Source of the DNA: a virus
Direction: 5' to 3' (one strand)
Length of the DNA: 64,000 nt
Virus record (IMG/VR): IMGVR_UViG_3300027861_000010
The notes beneath the pieces were generated by a model. The model did no database searches. It had not been told where the DNA came from and worked only from the letters and a program-made list of their open reading frames with translations. A program made the translations under genes and the position numbers. The number at the start of each line of letters is the position of its first letter. Position 1 is the first letter of the stretch. Below, piece by piece: positions 47,387-57,526 of this stretch.

Positions 47387-47558
47387 GGGGTTCTGTGAGC
47401 AGGCAACTGATGCCCAGCTCGCGGCCATTTACTGGAAAGAAACTGACAACGAACGTCCTGCTTACGCAGCCATCGCCAAGGCGGTGGCCAAGGGCCGCGG
47501 GCTACCCGACCCGTCGCTTGAGCGTGTGCAGTGGCGTGAAGACAACGAGAGGAGATAA
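47358..47558 (+). CDS. Hypothetical protein
   Basis: GTG 47358 after AAGGAG. Confidence 0.5.
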   Translation: MAIDWDDEFEGFCEQATDAQLAAIYWKETDNERPAYAAIAKAVAKGRGLPDPSLERVQWREDNERR

Positions 47559-47561
47559 CCA

Positions 47562-48329
47562 ATGGGTGCGTGTTTCAAAAATGTCGTCTGGGATGGGAAA
47601 CTGACCTACGACGAGGTGAAGAAGAAGTACCAGGACATGGTCAACGAACTTCTTCACATGCATGGTGCGGATGCCTACAACGGCACCTTCACAACGTGTA
47701 GTGGGCTGGCGATTCAGAACGGTAAGGCTCACGGCAGTGAGCACGAAGCCTACGAGTGGCTTTGCGAGAACGCTCAGAAATGGGAGAACGCGATCGCAGT
47801 CAAGTTCAGGGACGTGAAGAAGGTCGTACCGAAGCCTCCGAGCTTTGGCGGCAAAGTGATCAACTCTTCGTCGGACTTTGGTTATCGCTTCGTGGGGTTC
47901 GGTGATTTTCTGGGACGCTCGGCACCGAAGACCGGCATGAAGTCATGCATGATCTACGAACACCGGGACTGGAAGACTGACAAGTACACGTTCAAGATCC
48001 TGCCAGCCGACGCGTTGACCGCCCTTCAGCAGGAACGTCTGCAGAAGACTGTGGGTGAGTACGTGGAGGCCCGCAAGGATCACAAGAAGAAGCTCGTCGA
48101 GTTCAACAGCCTGATCGACAGCATCAAGAGTTACACTCAGGCGATTCCCGAGTCCGCTTTCACCCAGATGAAAAAGCTTCGTAAATCGTTGGTCACTTCT
48201 CACAACAAAGGCATTCGCCTTGCAGAGAAACTGCTCAAGATCGACGAGAAGTATGAAGACAGGCTTTGGAAGACCAAAGAGGTCGACGAAGGCGAGAAAT
48301 GGATGATCGGCGGCTGGTGTTCCGAATAG
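47562..48329 (+). CDS. Hypothetical phage protein
   Basis: 255 aa; HGADAYNGTFTT...KWENAIAV...W.IGGWCSE. Confidence 0.7.
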   Translation: MGACFKNVVWDGKLTYDEVKKKYQDMVNELLHMHGADAYNGTFTTCSGLAIQNGKAHGSEHEAYEWLCENAQKWENAIAVKFRDVKKVVPKPPSFGGKVINSSSDFGYRFVGFGDFLGRSAPKTGMKSCMIYEHRDWKTDKYTFKILPADALTALQQERLQKTVGEYVEARKDHKKKLVEFNSLIDSIKSYTQAIPESAFTQMKKLRKSLVTSHNKGIRLAEKLLKIDEKYEDRLWKTKEVDEGEKWMIGGWCSE

Positions 48330-48337
48330 GAGGTCCC

Positions 48338-48814
48338 ATGTTTCTCGAGTACCTGCCAGGAAGTATCCCATACAAGAACCCGCTCGAAGCGGGCGATCGT
48401 GCCCGGGAACTGGCAAAGCTTTACTGGCGTCCGTTCGTCGTCGTCTCAGCGACGGATAACCGATACCATGTGGAAGTGTTCCACCCGCCGCCCGGTCACG
48501 ATGACCGGACGCAATGTTACTACACCGTGGTCGGATGTAGAAAGGAAATCTATTACCCACCTAAAGAGCCCGAAGGGGCTTGGAGAGCACAGACTATGGC
48601 TGACACGATTGAAGTTGAAGTTACTGTGAAGAGGATCACAGAGAAAGCGTACCTCGTTGAACTCGAGAACTTGGAGAACAAGACCGAGGAGATGTGGATC
48701 CCAAAAAGCCAAGTCAAAGACACTGACTGCCTGGCTGAGGGCGACGAAGGGACGATGGAGATTACGGCATGGATCGCTAAACAGAAAGGACTGGTGGACG
48801 AAGATGACAATTGA
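48338..48814 (+). CDS. Hypothetical protein
   Basis: ATG 48338 after AGGAGG; C-terminal TEKAYLV...WIPKSQV module. Confidence 0.6.
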   Translation: MFLEYLPGSIPYKNPLEAGDRARELAKLYWRPFVVVSATDNRYHVEVFHPPPGHDDRTQCYYTVVGCRKEIYYPPKEPEGAWRAQTMADTIEVEVTVKRITEKAYLVELENLENKTEEMWIPKSQVKDTDCLAEGDEGTMEITAWIAKQKGLVDEDDN

Positions 48815-49235
48815 TACAGCCAACAAATTGGAAAAGGTTCGCGTTGGTCACTTTCCTGGTGTGATCTCAAAACGAATTAGAAAGCTATACCAAGAGCGAC
48901 GAGAGGAAAACGATCTCGGCGGTTTGAGGCACCTGCAACCGCGTCAGTTGATCAACAAATTGATCATTCAATACGGGCTTATCCACGGACGAGACGACGT
49001 TCTCGTCGGTGACCGTATTTTGGATCATTGGGGTTCGATTGAAGGCGGCGTGACGCTCGTAACTGAGCCTTACATGTACTCAAGCGTCTGGACAGCAGCT
49101 GAAACATTTGCAGAAGCAGCCGGTCTAGACATGGAGTTTATTGATAACTCCACCTGGAACCCCAAACAACCAGATGATGAAAATCATCGACACTGTTCTC
49201 GAATCTGTTTCCGGATAAAGGAGGAAGATAAATAA
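48804..49235 (+). CDS. Hypothetical protein
   Basis: ATG 48804; LDHWG...LVTEPY...STWNP. Confidence 0.6.
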   Translation: MTIDTANKLEKVRVGHFPGVISKRIRKLYQERREENDLGGLRHLQPRQLINKLIIQYGLIHGRDDVLVGDRILDHWGSIEGGVTLVTEPYMYSSVWTAAETFAEAAGLDMEFIDNSTWNPKQPDDENHRHCSRICFRIKEEDK

Positions 49236-49636
49236 TGGGTGCTGACTTCATGTTTGCGGTTTCACCGCAGCCGTCACTGGAGGACGACAACCGAAAGAAA
49301 GCAGTGAAAGAACTGCTTCAACAAATCTCGTACGAAGATCTGCTTGATGTTGAAGAGAACTATGGTGGTTTTGATGACACCAGTTCTGCCGAGGCAATGA
49401 GAAAGGAGTTGTACGACACCATTGAGAAAGTTTGCGATCTGGATTCTCGCGAATCGTCCTGCATCCAATTGGACGGTATGGACTGGATGGGCGTCATCAC
49501 TGGAGGCATGAGTTGGGGTGATGTGCCCACGGACTGCTTTGAAACTATTGCAACCATTGGAAGGTTCGAGCCCGTCTGGGACCTTCTCAAACATTTCGCC
49601 CAGGAGGATCTTCGTGCCACTAAGACCGGGAAATAA
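49235..49636 (+). CDS. Hypothetical protein
   Basis: MGADF...ITGGMSWGDVP; coupled. Confidence 0.65.
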   Translation: MGADFMFAVSPQPSLEDDNRKKAVKELLQQISYEDLLDVEENYGGFDDTSSAEAMRKELYDTIEKVCDLDSRESSCIQLDGMDWMGVITGGMSWGDVPTDCFETIATIGRFEPVWDLLKHFAQEDLRATKTGK

Positions 49637-50333
49637 CAAGCTCGGACTTCTTGTGCACCAATGGTCCATACCATCCGGCTTGCGGCACATCTGCGTCGGG
49701 GCATCAGAAATCTGTCTGATGCTTTGCTACGCCATGCGGCATCACTACTGTCGTGACAGTGTGAAGGATGCACTGCAAGCTAATTACAAAGAGTCACTGC
49801 GAAAGGATTTCGTGGCGATCATGTGTGGATGGATCCGATCGTTATTTGCACGAGTAGTTCGAGTCCACGCCAGTGGAGAGTTCTACAGTGAAGAGTATGT
49901 CAGGAAGTGGATCAGAATAGTAAAGCAGAACCCACGCATTGTGTTCTACGCTTACACTCGAAGCTGGTCTGATCCTGACATTTACCTAGCCCTCAAAGAG
50001 TTGGCCAAGCTGCCAAACTTCATCATGTGGTGGAGCTGTGACCGGGCAACCGGTGCTCCGCCGCGGAACCGTGGGATACGTCGAGCGTATCTCATGATCT
50101 CGGACGAAGACATTCCGAAGTTCAAGGTAGATCTTGTCTTCAGGAACAAACCGAAAACCGTCATGAAGTGGGTCAAAGGTGCTTTAGTTTGTCCGCCTGA
50201 AAACGGAGTGACTGAGACTACCTGCAGTTTGTGTCAGCTTTGCTTCAAACGGGACGCGATTCCCGAAAGGAAGGAAGATGTCCAAACAACTCGAGAAACA
50301 CGGGATCGAAGTCGACGCTTACCGGTCGCCTGA
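49614..50333 (+). CDS. Gp88-like (radical-SAM-like) phage protein
   Basis: GTG 49614 after AGGAGG; GNNKLG, C...C...CYA, RVHASGEF, FYAYTRSW. Confidence 0.7.
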   Translation: MPLRPGNNKLGLLVHQWSIPSGLRHICVGASEICLMLCYAMRHHYCRDSVKDALQANYKESLRKDFVAIMCGWIRSLFARVVRVHASGEFYSEEYVRKWIRIVKQNPRIVFYAYTRSWSDPDIYLALKELAKLPNFIMWWSCDRATGAPPRNRGIRRAYLMISDEDIPKFKVDLVFRNKPKTVMKWVKGALVCPPENGVTETTCSLCQLCFKRDAIPERKEDVQTTRETRDRSRRLPVA

Positions 50334-50691
50334 GGATGACATCCTGGTGATCTACGTCGACACGCCCGGTATTGATGAGAATGAGAAAGGGCCGCTACTG
50401 CGTCTCTACCTCAACGATGACCCTGCCTTTGAGAACCCGGCTTACCCTGGAAGCAAGGAAGAACGTTGGAGGCCGGTGGAAATCGAACCAGTGGATCGTT
50501 TCGCAAAGCTGGCCTGGTGTGCTGGCGATGTAACGTCGCTGGACGAGTGGAATAACGACTGGGGCGACGAAGCCGCAGTAAAATTCCTGGAGCAAAACGG
50601 CAAAGCTCTGCAAGATCGGCTATGTCAGGTTGGTTTCGAGGTCATAGGAGATCTACTTTCCAGCTGGAGTCCGGAGGATCCCGATGAGTGA
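50278..50691 (+). CDS. Hypothetical protein
   Basis: 137 aa, AAGGA RBS. Confidence 0.6.
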   Translation: MSKQLEKHGIEVDAYRSPEDDILVIYVDTPGIDENEKGPLLRLYLNDDPAFENPAYPGSKEERWRPVEIEPVDRFAKLAWCAGDVTSLDEWNNDWGDEAAVKFLEQNGKALQDRLCQVGFEVIGDLLSSWSPEDPDE

Positions 50692-51337
50692 GTTCGAGAA
50701 GAAGTACCTAGAGTCAGCTCAGCGTCGGTTCGCTGAGCACATCGAGAAGACTCCTGAGTATGTCGTCCAGCAAATCCACCGGGACGACGATATTGTCAAA
50801 CTCTGGCGATGCGGCAAGCCTCAGTCGTCTACCTACATGTTCTACATCTGCTCAGCTCCAAACTGCCTGATGGTGTACGGAGACATGGGTGAGTACATGT
50901 GGCAGTACATGCGGCAGCGGCACTACGACATGCTCCCGTTCATTCGAGGTGCCATCGGCTCGTTGAGTTACTTCAGCGAAAAAGTTCCCAACGGGATCAA
51001 GATTAAGGATGACCAACCGGAACTCGTAGAGGAATGGTTCGCAACAGTCAAACAAGAACGTATCGACTACGGTGAAGAGTGGACGGATAAGAAAGAGGAA
51101 GCTCTCTCTGAACTCCGCGACACTTGGAGCTGCAACGAAGATGTGACTCAATTCAAGTGGGCACTATACGATTCGGATCTCTACAACGATCACGAAGACG
51201 TGCCCCGCACTGAGTTCTACACGTTCCACTACCTGTGGACGATCGAAGGACTCAAGTGGTTCATCAAACAGTTAGACGAAGGGAAAGTGCTTCCGTATGT
51301 CGAAAAAGAAAAAGAAGCAAAAACCGATGATACTTGA
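50684..51337 (+). CDS. Hypothetical phage protein
   Basis: LWRCGKPQSSTY...LMVYGDMGE...YFSEKV. Confidence 0.65.
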   Translation: MSEFEKKYLESAQRRFAEHIEKTPEYVVQQIHRDDDIVKLWRCGKPQSSTYMFYICSAPNCLMVYGDMGEYMWQYMRQRHYDMLPFIRGAIGSLSYFSEKVPNGIKIKDDQPELVEEWFATVKQERIDYGEEWTDKKEEALSELRDTWSCNEDVTQFKWALYDSDLYNDHEDVPRTEFYTFHYLWTIEGLKWFIKQLDEGKVLPYVEKEKEAKTDDT

Positions 51338-51512
51338 AAGTCACTGGGATGTGTGCTCTGAGTATCCGCCTGAAGATTGGCGAGACGAAGTCGCCAATGA
51401 TGATACCCGGCTTGGTTACCGGGAGTGGGTCGAACATCAGATCGAATCGAATGACGACTCTGATCTGACTGAAGCTGAGGAGGAGGCGATGCGGATAAAT
51501 AAGAAAGGCTGA
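51327..51512 (+). CDS. Hypothetical protein
   Basis: YPPEDWRDEVANDDTRLGYREWVEHQ. Confidence 0.6.
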   Translation: MILESHWDVCSEYPPEDWRDEVANDDTRLGYREWVEHQIESNDDSDLTEAEEEAMRINKKG

Positions 51513-51534
51513 CCCGTTTCCGAGTCAGCCTTTC
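51503..51534. terminator. Bidirectional terminator between convergent genes
   Basis: GAAAGGCTGAC...GTCAGCCTTTC 11-bp stem at a +/- convergence. Confidence 0.7.
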
Positions 51535-51564
51535 CAGTCAGGATCCCGAGGAGGAGGGAGCTGA

Positions 51565-52734
51565 TCACTGATACGCTTCGGCCAAAGCCTCTAGCGTTGC
51601 GTTGTCGATTGGATCAAAGGATGCGTCCTTGTTCATTTGTGGATGCTGCCCTGATTCCCCAAGTAGGGTTTCGAGTAGCTCCGCATCTGGACGAGGTAAG
51701 GTGTGGGCGACTTCGGCCAACTTCTCGGCATCAACATCGAGCCCTGTGCAGACCTCATTTGCGAAATCAGTTCCAAACAAGCCCTCAACATCATTTCTCG
51801 CGAGCTTGGAGAGCTGCTCTTTGTCGTAAATGCTGCCCGTCTGTAGGGCACACAGTTGGGCGTGATCGGACGCCGCTTTCGTGTACGTCACTTTGAAGAT
51901 CACGTCTTCGGGCCGAGGTAGGATTTCTGTGTATTTCCCCTTGAGCCCGATGGCGTGGTCAATCATGTCGACCGTGGTTGCCAACTTAACGAGTTCGTTA
52001 GGTTGCAGAGCAACTCGTGGAGTGTTCTTGACAGCTTCTGCCAACTTCATGATTTCCGAAGCATGCTTTTCGCTGGCCAGCTTGGCTCGGCGTTCCAGCA
52101 TAGTGTAAACCTCAGGAGGATCAGGAATGCCCCGGCCAGCCTGTTGTTCAACAAAGTCTGTCAGATGTTCGCCGAGGGCTGCACCCTTAGCCGCTGCTTT
52201 TTCAAGGATCTTGTTGGCGATCGTGTTGCGGTTGTGGAACGGAATCGCATCGCGTTCTTTGTGCAACCATTCAGCAGCAACTTTGATGTTTGCAGTTGTG
52301 TCGAGTGGATAGTACCGTTCTTTGGTACCATCATTGGCTTGCCAGACATAAGCGTAACTACTGTCCGGCAAGGCGTTGTCGGCTCGAAGTTCATCGGCTC
52401 GTTTTACGATCGCGTCGTAAGCAGGGCGGATCGCGAAGTAGTCGGCAAGCTTTTCAAACCGTTCACAAATGTGTGTTCGGTCTTTAATATGGTATTCTGC
52501 AGACTTCTCATGGAAGTAAACGGCAGAAAGCCAGGTCGCCGCAGCATTGTGACAGGCGTACTTTTTTCTCACTGGATCAGCGTAAGCTGTAACAGCGATT
52601 TGGCCTGGCTCCGTTGTTGCATCAAGATCAGCTTCTTTGACGAACTGTGGAAAATCATATCGTTGAGCCAACTTGACGAGTTCGACGCGGTTGCGGTCGT
52701 CAGTCGGGTCCAGAATAACAGAAGGTGAAGGCAT
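51565..52734 (-). CDS. Hypothetical protein (possibly virion/head-associated)
   Basis: ATG at 52734 with GAGGAG 7 nt upstream; ~389 aa with internally repeated AYADP.RKKY / YAYVW...RYYP segments. Confidence 0.65.
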   Translation of the reverse strand: MPSPSVILDPTDDRNRVELVKLAQRYDFPQFVKEADLDATTEPGQIAVTAYADPVRKKYACHNAAATWLSAVYFHEKSAEYHIKDRTHICERFEKLADYFAIRPAYDAIVKRADELRADNALPDSSYAYVWQANDGTKERYYPLDTTANIKVAAEWLHKERDAIPFHNRNTIANKILEKAAAKGAALGEHLTDFVEQQAGRGIPDPPEVYTMLERRAKLASEKHASEIMKLAEAVKNTPRVALQPNELVKLATTVDMIDHAIGLKGKYTEILPRPEDVIFKVTYTKAASDHAQLCALQTGSIYDKEQLSKLARNDVEGLFGTDFANEVCTGLDVDAEKLAEVAHTLPRPDAELLETLLGESGQHPQMNKDASFDPIDNATLEALAEAYQ

Positions 52735-52735
52735 C

Positions 52736-54985
52736 GTGAGTCTCCTCGACATCCATGCGAATATCACGTATTCGACAATCGCTCCCCTAATTGGGATGGA
52801 GCCGATCTCGAAATACACAGTGGCTGCAAAATGCCCGTACTGCGGGGCACACGCTTGGGCCATCCAACAGGATAACAGAAACCTTGAAGAATGGCATTAT
52901 TGTTCCCAGTGTAAAGCCTCAGGAAGCATCATTGCAATGGCAGCTGAGCGACTTGAGATGACAGAAGTCGAGGCTGTGGAGTATTTTGCAGAGCAGCTGG
53001 ACACGCCATTTTCGTTCAAAGACATGCAAGCCTACCGCAAGTCGCTTGACTTCGTCCAGAAGCATAAACAGTTTTGGCAGTACGCCAGTGAGAACCTTCG
53101 CAAGCCTACCCAGGACCAGCTGATATATCTCAACCGCATTGGCTGGCACAAACGCTCACCAATGAGCGACGAAAGGCTGATGAACGGTCCTGCTCAGCTC
53201 TACGGCTTGGCTGACCCTCGTGTAGCTCAAAAGTACCTAAAGAAGCAGTTTCGACGCCGTGAAGTCCTGGCTGTCGTACCGTTCTTCCGCACACCGACGG
53301 CGATTGGCGGATTTGCTTGCTTGTCGCCGACTCAGGACATCCACACCAATACTGGTCGGGGCCGAGCAGAGGCAAGTAAAGGCGAACCAGGCTTTGCTGG
53401 ATTACAGTTTTTGAGCCGCATGCCGTCAGACGTATTGGTCGCCACGTCCATGCTGAAAAACATGATTCAACTCCAGATGCACCACTTTTCGTCGAGTGAC
53501 TCGCCACTGCCGATTGTGAGCTGGAGGTTGCACGGCACGTCAGAGCTGCATAAACAGTGGTCGTCTCTGGAGGGTAGGCAGGTTGTTATCTGGGAGCGAG
53601 AACCCACAGCACCGATGCTGCATCAGGCCATGATGTGTAATGCGAACATTTCATTCGTCGGCCCTGAGACCAAGAGGCAAAAACCTAAAGAGGTAAAAGG
53701 TGCTCGCTGGAAAGCCTGGGTCAGTCACGATCCGGCCATAGACATCTGGCGAAGGATCGTTCGCACGTCGAGGCCTTATGAGCAGGCTCTGAAAAACTGG
53801 GCCAGGCTGGCTACCCCGCAACAACAAGTCAAACTGCTACAGGATGCTGAACAATACGAGGTAGAAACAGCCCGGTTGGTACGCAGCGTGCTGAAGCCGA
53901 AGGTCAGTGTCAAAGTTGGAAAAAAGATTACAGTTGGTACCAGTTCCACTCGCGAACGACCTCGAACCACGACCGGTAAAACTACCGTAATTGAACGAGA
54001 CGGTAAGTGGTACAGCCGGGAAGGTCGAATTCGACTGTCTGGCGTGGTGCGAGTAACTCACGTCGTTGCCCGTCCGTCCGGTCATCAGGATTATGTCGGT
54101 TTCCTGGAAGCTGACGGTCAGAAGTTTGACTTTCAGGTTCCAGTTAAAAAGGCAACAGCCCAGTGGCTACGAGACTTCGGACTAGGCAATGGTGTTTACC
54201 TTTACGAACACCATGGAGCTCATCGCAACCAGAATGACCTGTCGTCTCGCTTCAACCCGTTCGAGGCTGCTATTCAGTTTCAGATACCCGAAGTAGTGAA
54301 AGGTGTTGACTCCGTCGGCTGGGACGGCACTGGGTTTCAATTCCATGGAGCTCACTTAGAGAACGGGGTGTTCCATCAAAATCCAGATTTTAAGCTGCCA
54401 GTCAAAGCTCCAGGCCCTAAGCAGAACTATTGTCGAATGCGAGAGGAGGTTAAAACGGCTCTCGCCAAAGAAGGGAAAGAGATGTCGATCGTGTGGGCAA
54501 CCGCTATCGCCGTCTGTGCTCAAGTGACCGCTCCAGTGGTCGAGCTGCATCCGTTTGGCATTTGGATCCATCGTAAGCAATGCGATTTGTTCCTTCAGAC
54601 GCTTTACAATCGCTTTGATATTTACCGCGGTGACTATACGGCCTGGAAGCACCGTTGGCCGCGACGGCTGGATAAGTGGCATCAAGCTATCAAGAAGGAC
54701 GACACAGGTTTCTTTGTCACACACTACCAGTCGCAGCCTACAAAAGAGATTCAAGAGCTGTTGGTAGTAGAAGCCAATGACGAGGACTTACAGCCTCGAA
54801 TGATCACACACAGTGCTGACAAGATCGTGCTCAACTACCTGCGACACTTCAGTCAACTCGACCACAAGTTCCCAGGTGACTGGAAGACTTGGGTTGAGCA
54901 CACTGTTGCAGGCATGCATGAAGTGTTTGACTTCGTAGATACCGCAGCATTCCGCCAGGCTCCTGAACGAGTGAAAGTTGTTTAA
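52736..54985 (+). CDS. Primase-like replication protein with N-terminal CHC2-type zinc finger
   Basis: GTG 52736 with AGGTGA 7 nt upstream; KCPYC...HYCSQCKASGSIIAMAAERLEMTEVEAVEYF. The rest is divergent. Confidence 0.55.
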   Translation: MSLLDIHANITYSTIAPLIGMEPISKYTVAAKCPYCGAHAWAIQQDNRNLEEWHYCSQCKASGSIIAMAAERLEMTEVEAVEYFAEQLDTPFSFKDMQAYRKSLDFVQKHKQFWQYASENLRKPTQDQLIYLNRIGWHKRSPMSDERLMNGPAQLYGLADPRVAQKYLKKQFRRREVLAVVPFFRTPTAIGGFACLSPTQDIHTNTGRGRAEASKGEPGFAGLQFLSRMPSDVLVATSMLKNMIQLQMHHFSSSDSPLPIVSWRLHGTSELHKQWSSLEGRQVVIWEREPTAPMLHQAMMCNANISFVGPETKRQKPKEVKGARWKAWVSHDPAIDIWRRIVRTSRPYEQALKNWARLATPQQQVKLLQDAEQYEVETARLVRSVLKPKVSVKVGKKITVGTSSTRERPRTTTGKTTVIERDGKWYSREGRIRLSGVVRVTHVVARPSGHQDYVGFLEADGQKFDFQVPVKKATAQWLRDFGLGNGVYLYEHHGAHRNQNDLSSRFNPFEAAIQFQIPEVVKGVDSVGWDGTGFQFHGAHLENGVFHQNPDFKLPVKAPGPKQNYCRMREEVKTALAKEGKEMSIVWATAIAVCAQVTAPVVELHPFGIWIHRKQCDLFLQTLYNRFDIYRGDYTAWKHRWPRRLDKWHQAIKKDDTGFFVTHYQSQPTKEIQELLVVEANDEDLQPRMITHSADKIVLNYLRHFSQLDHKFPGDWKTWVEHTVAGMHEVFDFVDTAAFRQAPERVKVV

Positions 54986-56982
54986 CCTTCCCAGTCCAGG
55001 ATCTGTTTGCCGCGTGTTGACATTATGACTTCCTCGCTAATCTGAATGTCTTCGTAAGCAGACAAATCAGGCCAACGACCGTGCATTTGGAACAGCATCA
55101 TAGTTCCCATGGTCACAGCTTGAGCGAAGTCATCTGGCCCTGCCGGGTCTCGAAGAATTTTATAACTGTCGCGACCTCCCCCTGACTCTCCTTTGTCTTC
55201 AATCAAGTTCAAGAAGTCGTGCAGTAAGCCAACATCTTCGCCACCTCTGTAGTCGTACTTAAAGAATCGTACGATATTGGACTTTATGAACTGGCAGGTG
55301 TAGTTAATAGCCCGGTTACGGTCCATTGTGTAATGGGCTCGAGGGTGGTTGTCTGTTGGTGGCTTGAAAATGATCAATCCACCCTTGGCTGGACCGGTAT
55401 AGGCTACGGGCAGGATGTTGTTCATCCCCAGGCCAGCTTGACGCATGATCGTCTCGCGAACAGTACCAGCACCAGTGTAATCGTGAACCAGGTGACTGCA
55501 TTTGAATGTGGACATCACGCCCATGACAACCTTGGCTTCACGAACGTGGTCATGCGGGTTCATGCTGCGGTAACCATAAATTACATCTACCCGTCCGTCA
55601 GGCCGCAAACCACAAACAGCGATCGAAGTGTATGACTGCAGGGCCAAGTCGCTTTTGCCTTTGCTCACACCGCCACCACCCCAGTCAACCGAACAGAAGC
55701 GAAACAGGTAGCCGTCAATATGATCTCGGGCTTGGTCGACAGTGCGTTTCCAAGGCAAACAGGCGGCTTTCTTCAGATCAGTTACTGTGACTAACTTGGA
55801 TCCGCTGTCCCAGGATTCTCCGCAGACTTCGTTATAAAAAACGTGAACTGGAGTGTTGCCTTTACCGATCATCTTGTCGTTGAGCTTCTGCCACTTTTCC
55901 GGATCAGCATAATGCATCGGCATGATGATCTGAGGGACGTGGTAGCCAGCAAACGACCAACGTTTATCCTGATGGCGATGTACCCAGCGGCCTGTGCCTC
56001 CCTGGTAAGGTGGTCGCGGATTGATTGGCTTCGCACATTTGGCACAAATCACGCCAGGCCGAAACTCACTGATATCTGGATGCGGTGGCCCGATCATCTT
56101 CATCAGGTCGTATTCCAGTGCCGGAATGTTCCAGTGGCGACAACCAGGGTGGTGGCATTTGACCATCCACTCCGCCATGGAGGAGTCAGTCCACAGTCGC
56201 TCGATTGTGTTATCGAGCGTCTTGGGAGTACCGGCATATTGAATAAGCCCCCAGTCCCGAGACGCTGAGACAGTCTCGTGAATAATCGGCAAGAACGAGA
56301 TATCCATATCCTGGATCTCGTCGATGACATTCTTGTCCGCCGAAATACCGCGAGTACGTTCCGCATCCAGATATGCGAACGAGAAAATCATCTGGCTGCG
56401 ATTCTTAAAGGACCGCTGCAAGACATTGTTGATCGTCGAAGTCCCTGAGAACAGCTTCCCGACGGGGCTGGTTTCGATGAAGGGAGCGACGTAGTTCTGA
56501 GAAAAACGTCGGATCATCTCAAACAGAGGAGTGATGAATAATGTGGAAAAGTAAGGGATGCAATTGGAAAAGAGGACCCCCTGTGACGCCAGCGACGTGG
56601 ACTTGGAGACCTGGCGACCGGTCTTCAACAAAGTCATTCGTGGCATCCGCGTCCTAAAAAAAGGAGCAAATGGAAAGTGGTCGTGTAAGTGATATGGCTT
56701 ACCGCGAATCGACAACAATAAAGGGAGGATTGGTTTCAGTGTCGTGTTGCCCGATTGGTGCATCACGTACTGAGCCGCCCGTAGGCGTTGAATGATTGGG
56801 TCGTCTGTTGGAGCAGGTCTAAAGTCCTTCAACAGCGGCGTATCAAGCAACTCCTCGATCTTGACGTTGTACGGATCGTGAGCCTTTTCTTCTGCCAGGA
56901 CCTGACTGGAAGTACGCCTGGCTTTTTTAATATCTTCGTAACTTGTCATCAAGGAGTGCCAAATGAAGTACGAAACTGACAA
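54982..56982 (-). CDS. terL: Terminase large subunit (GpA-like)
   Basis: KTGRQVSKST P-loop, RTRGISAD..VIDE Walker B, GTPKT coupling motif, Cys pairs, SVDWGGG nuclease motif and PDDFAQA. Start may be 56949. Confidence 0.85.
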   Translation of the reverse strand: MSVSYFIWHSLMTSYEDIKKARRTSSQVLAEEKAHDPYNVKIEELLDTPLLKDFRPAPTDDPIIQRLRAAQYVMHQSGNTTLKPILPLLLSIRGKPYHLHDHFPFAPFFRTRMPRMTLLKTGRQVSKSTSLASQGVLFSNCIPYFSTLFITPLFEMIRRFSQNYVAPFIETSPVGKLFSGTSTINNVLQRSFKNRSQMIFSFAYLDAERTRGISADKNVIDEIQDMDISFLPIIHETVSASRDWGLIQYAGTPKTLDNTIERLWTDSSMAEWMVKCHHPGCRHWNIPALEYDLMKMIGPPHPDISEFRPGVICAKCAKPINPRPPYQGGTGRWVHRHQDKRWSFAGYHVPQIIMPMHYADPEKWQKLNDKMIGKGNTPVHVFYNEVCGESWDSGSKLVTVTDLKKAACLPWKRTVDQARDHIDGYLFRFCSVDWGGGGVSKGKSDLALQSYTSIAVCGLRPDGRVDVIYGYRSMNPHDHVREAKVVMGVMSTFKCSHLVHDYTGAGTVRETIMRQAGLGMNNILPVAYTGPAKGGLIIFKPPTDNHPRAHYTMDRNRAINYTCQFIKSNIVRFFKYDYRGGEDVGLLHDFLNLIEDKGESGGGRDSYKILRDPAGPDDFAQAVTMGTMMLFQMHGRWPDLSAYEDIQISEEVIMSTRGKQILDWEG

Positions 56983-57136
56983 ACCCAGTGAGGTGATCTA
57001 TGCGTTTTTGCACGCGATAGCAACCATCTGTACCAACATAGTCAAGCTCATCTTCGGATGTCTCTGGCTGGTTGGCGACCGGGTGGTTAAACTGATAACC
57101 AGTGAATCAGCAAAGGCTGACTCAGAAAACAGCTGA
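56963..57136 (+). CDS. Small hydrophobic protein (57 aa; absent from the ORF track)
   Basis: AAGGAG RBS; MKYETDKPSEVIYAFLHAIATICTNIVKLIFGCLWLVG... Confidence 0.5.
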   Translation: MKYETDKPSEVIYAFLHAIATICTNIVKLIFGCLWLVGDRVVKLITSESAKADSENS

Positions 57137-57160
57137 CATTCTACTCGTGGGGAGGCCAAC

Positions 57161-57376
57161 ATGCCATCTCGTAGTCCTTTCGCGTTCCAACGCCGAAAAC
57201 AAATGCGACCGCTAGATTGGCCGTCGCCGAGGTTTTCTCCGAGCCAATTACTCGTACATCAGTACCCCGATCCTGAGGGTAAATCTACGAAAGAATTGGT
57301 TGCAGGCGAAGGGGCACCTCCCTCTGATAGAGTACAGCTGAATGACTGGTCTCCTCCGATACAATCGGAGGAATAA
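57161..57376 (+). CDS. Hypothetical protein
   Basis: GGGGAGG RBS. Confidence 0.5.
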   Translation: MPSRSPFAFQRRKQMRPLDWPSPRFSPSQLLVHQYPDPEGKSTKELVAGEGAPPSDRVQLNDWSPPIQSEE

Positions 57377-57378
57377 GT

Positions 57379-57513
57379 GTGGACCGTGGTATTGCCCTCT
57401 GGTCCCTGTGTTTTCTGATCGCCTTTGTAGTGATGCTGATAATGGGAGAGGTAGGCCTCAGCCTGCTTGTTCTCCTGTTGTTGTTCATCGGGCTAGATTT
57501 TAACGGTCATTGA
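57379..57513 (+). CDS. Small two-helix membrane protein (44 aa; absent from the ORF track)
   Basis: GGAGGA RBS; IALWSLCFLIAFVVMLIMG and VGLSLLVLLLLFIGL. Confidence 0.5.
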   Translation: MDRGIALWSLCFLIAFVVMLIMGEVGLSLLVLLLLFIGLDFNGH

Positions 57514-57526
57514 TACTGGGATTAGA

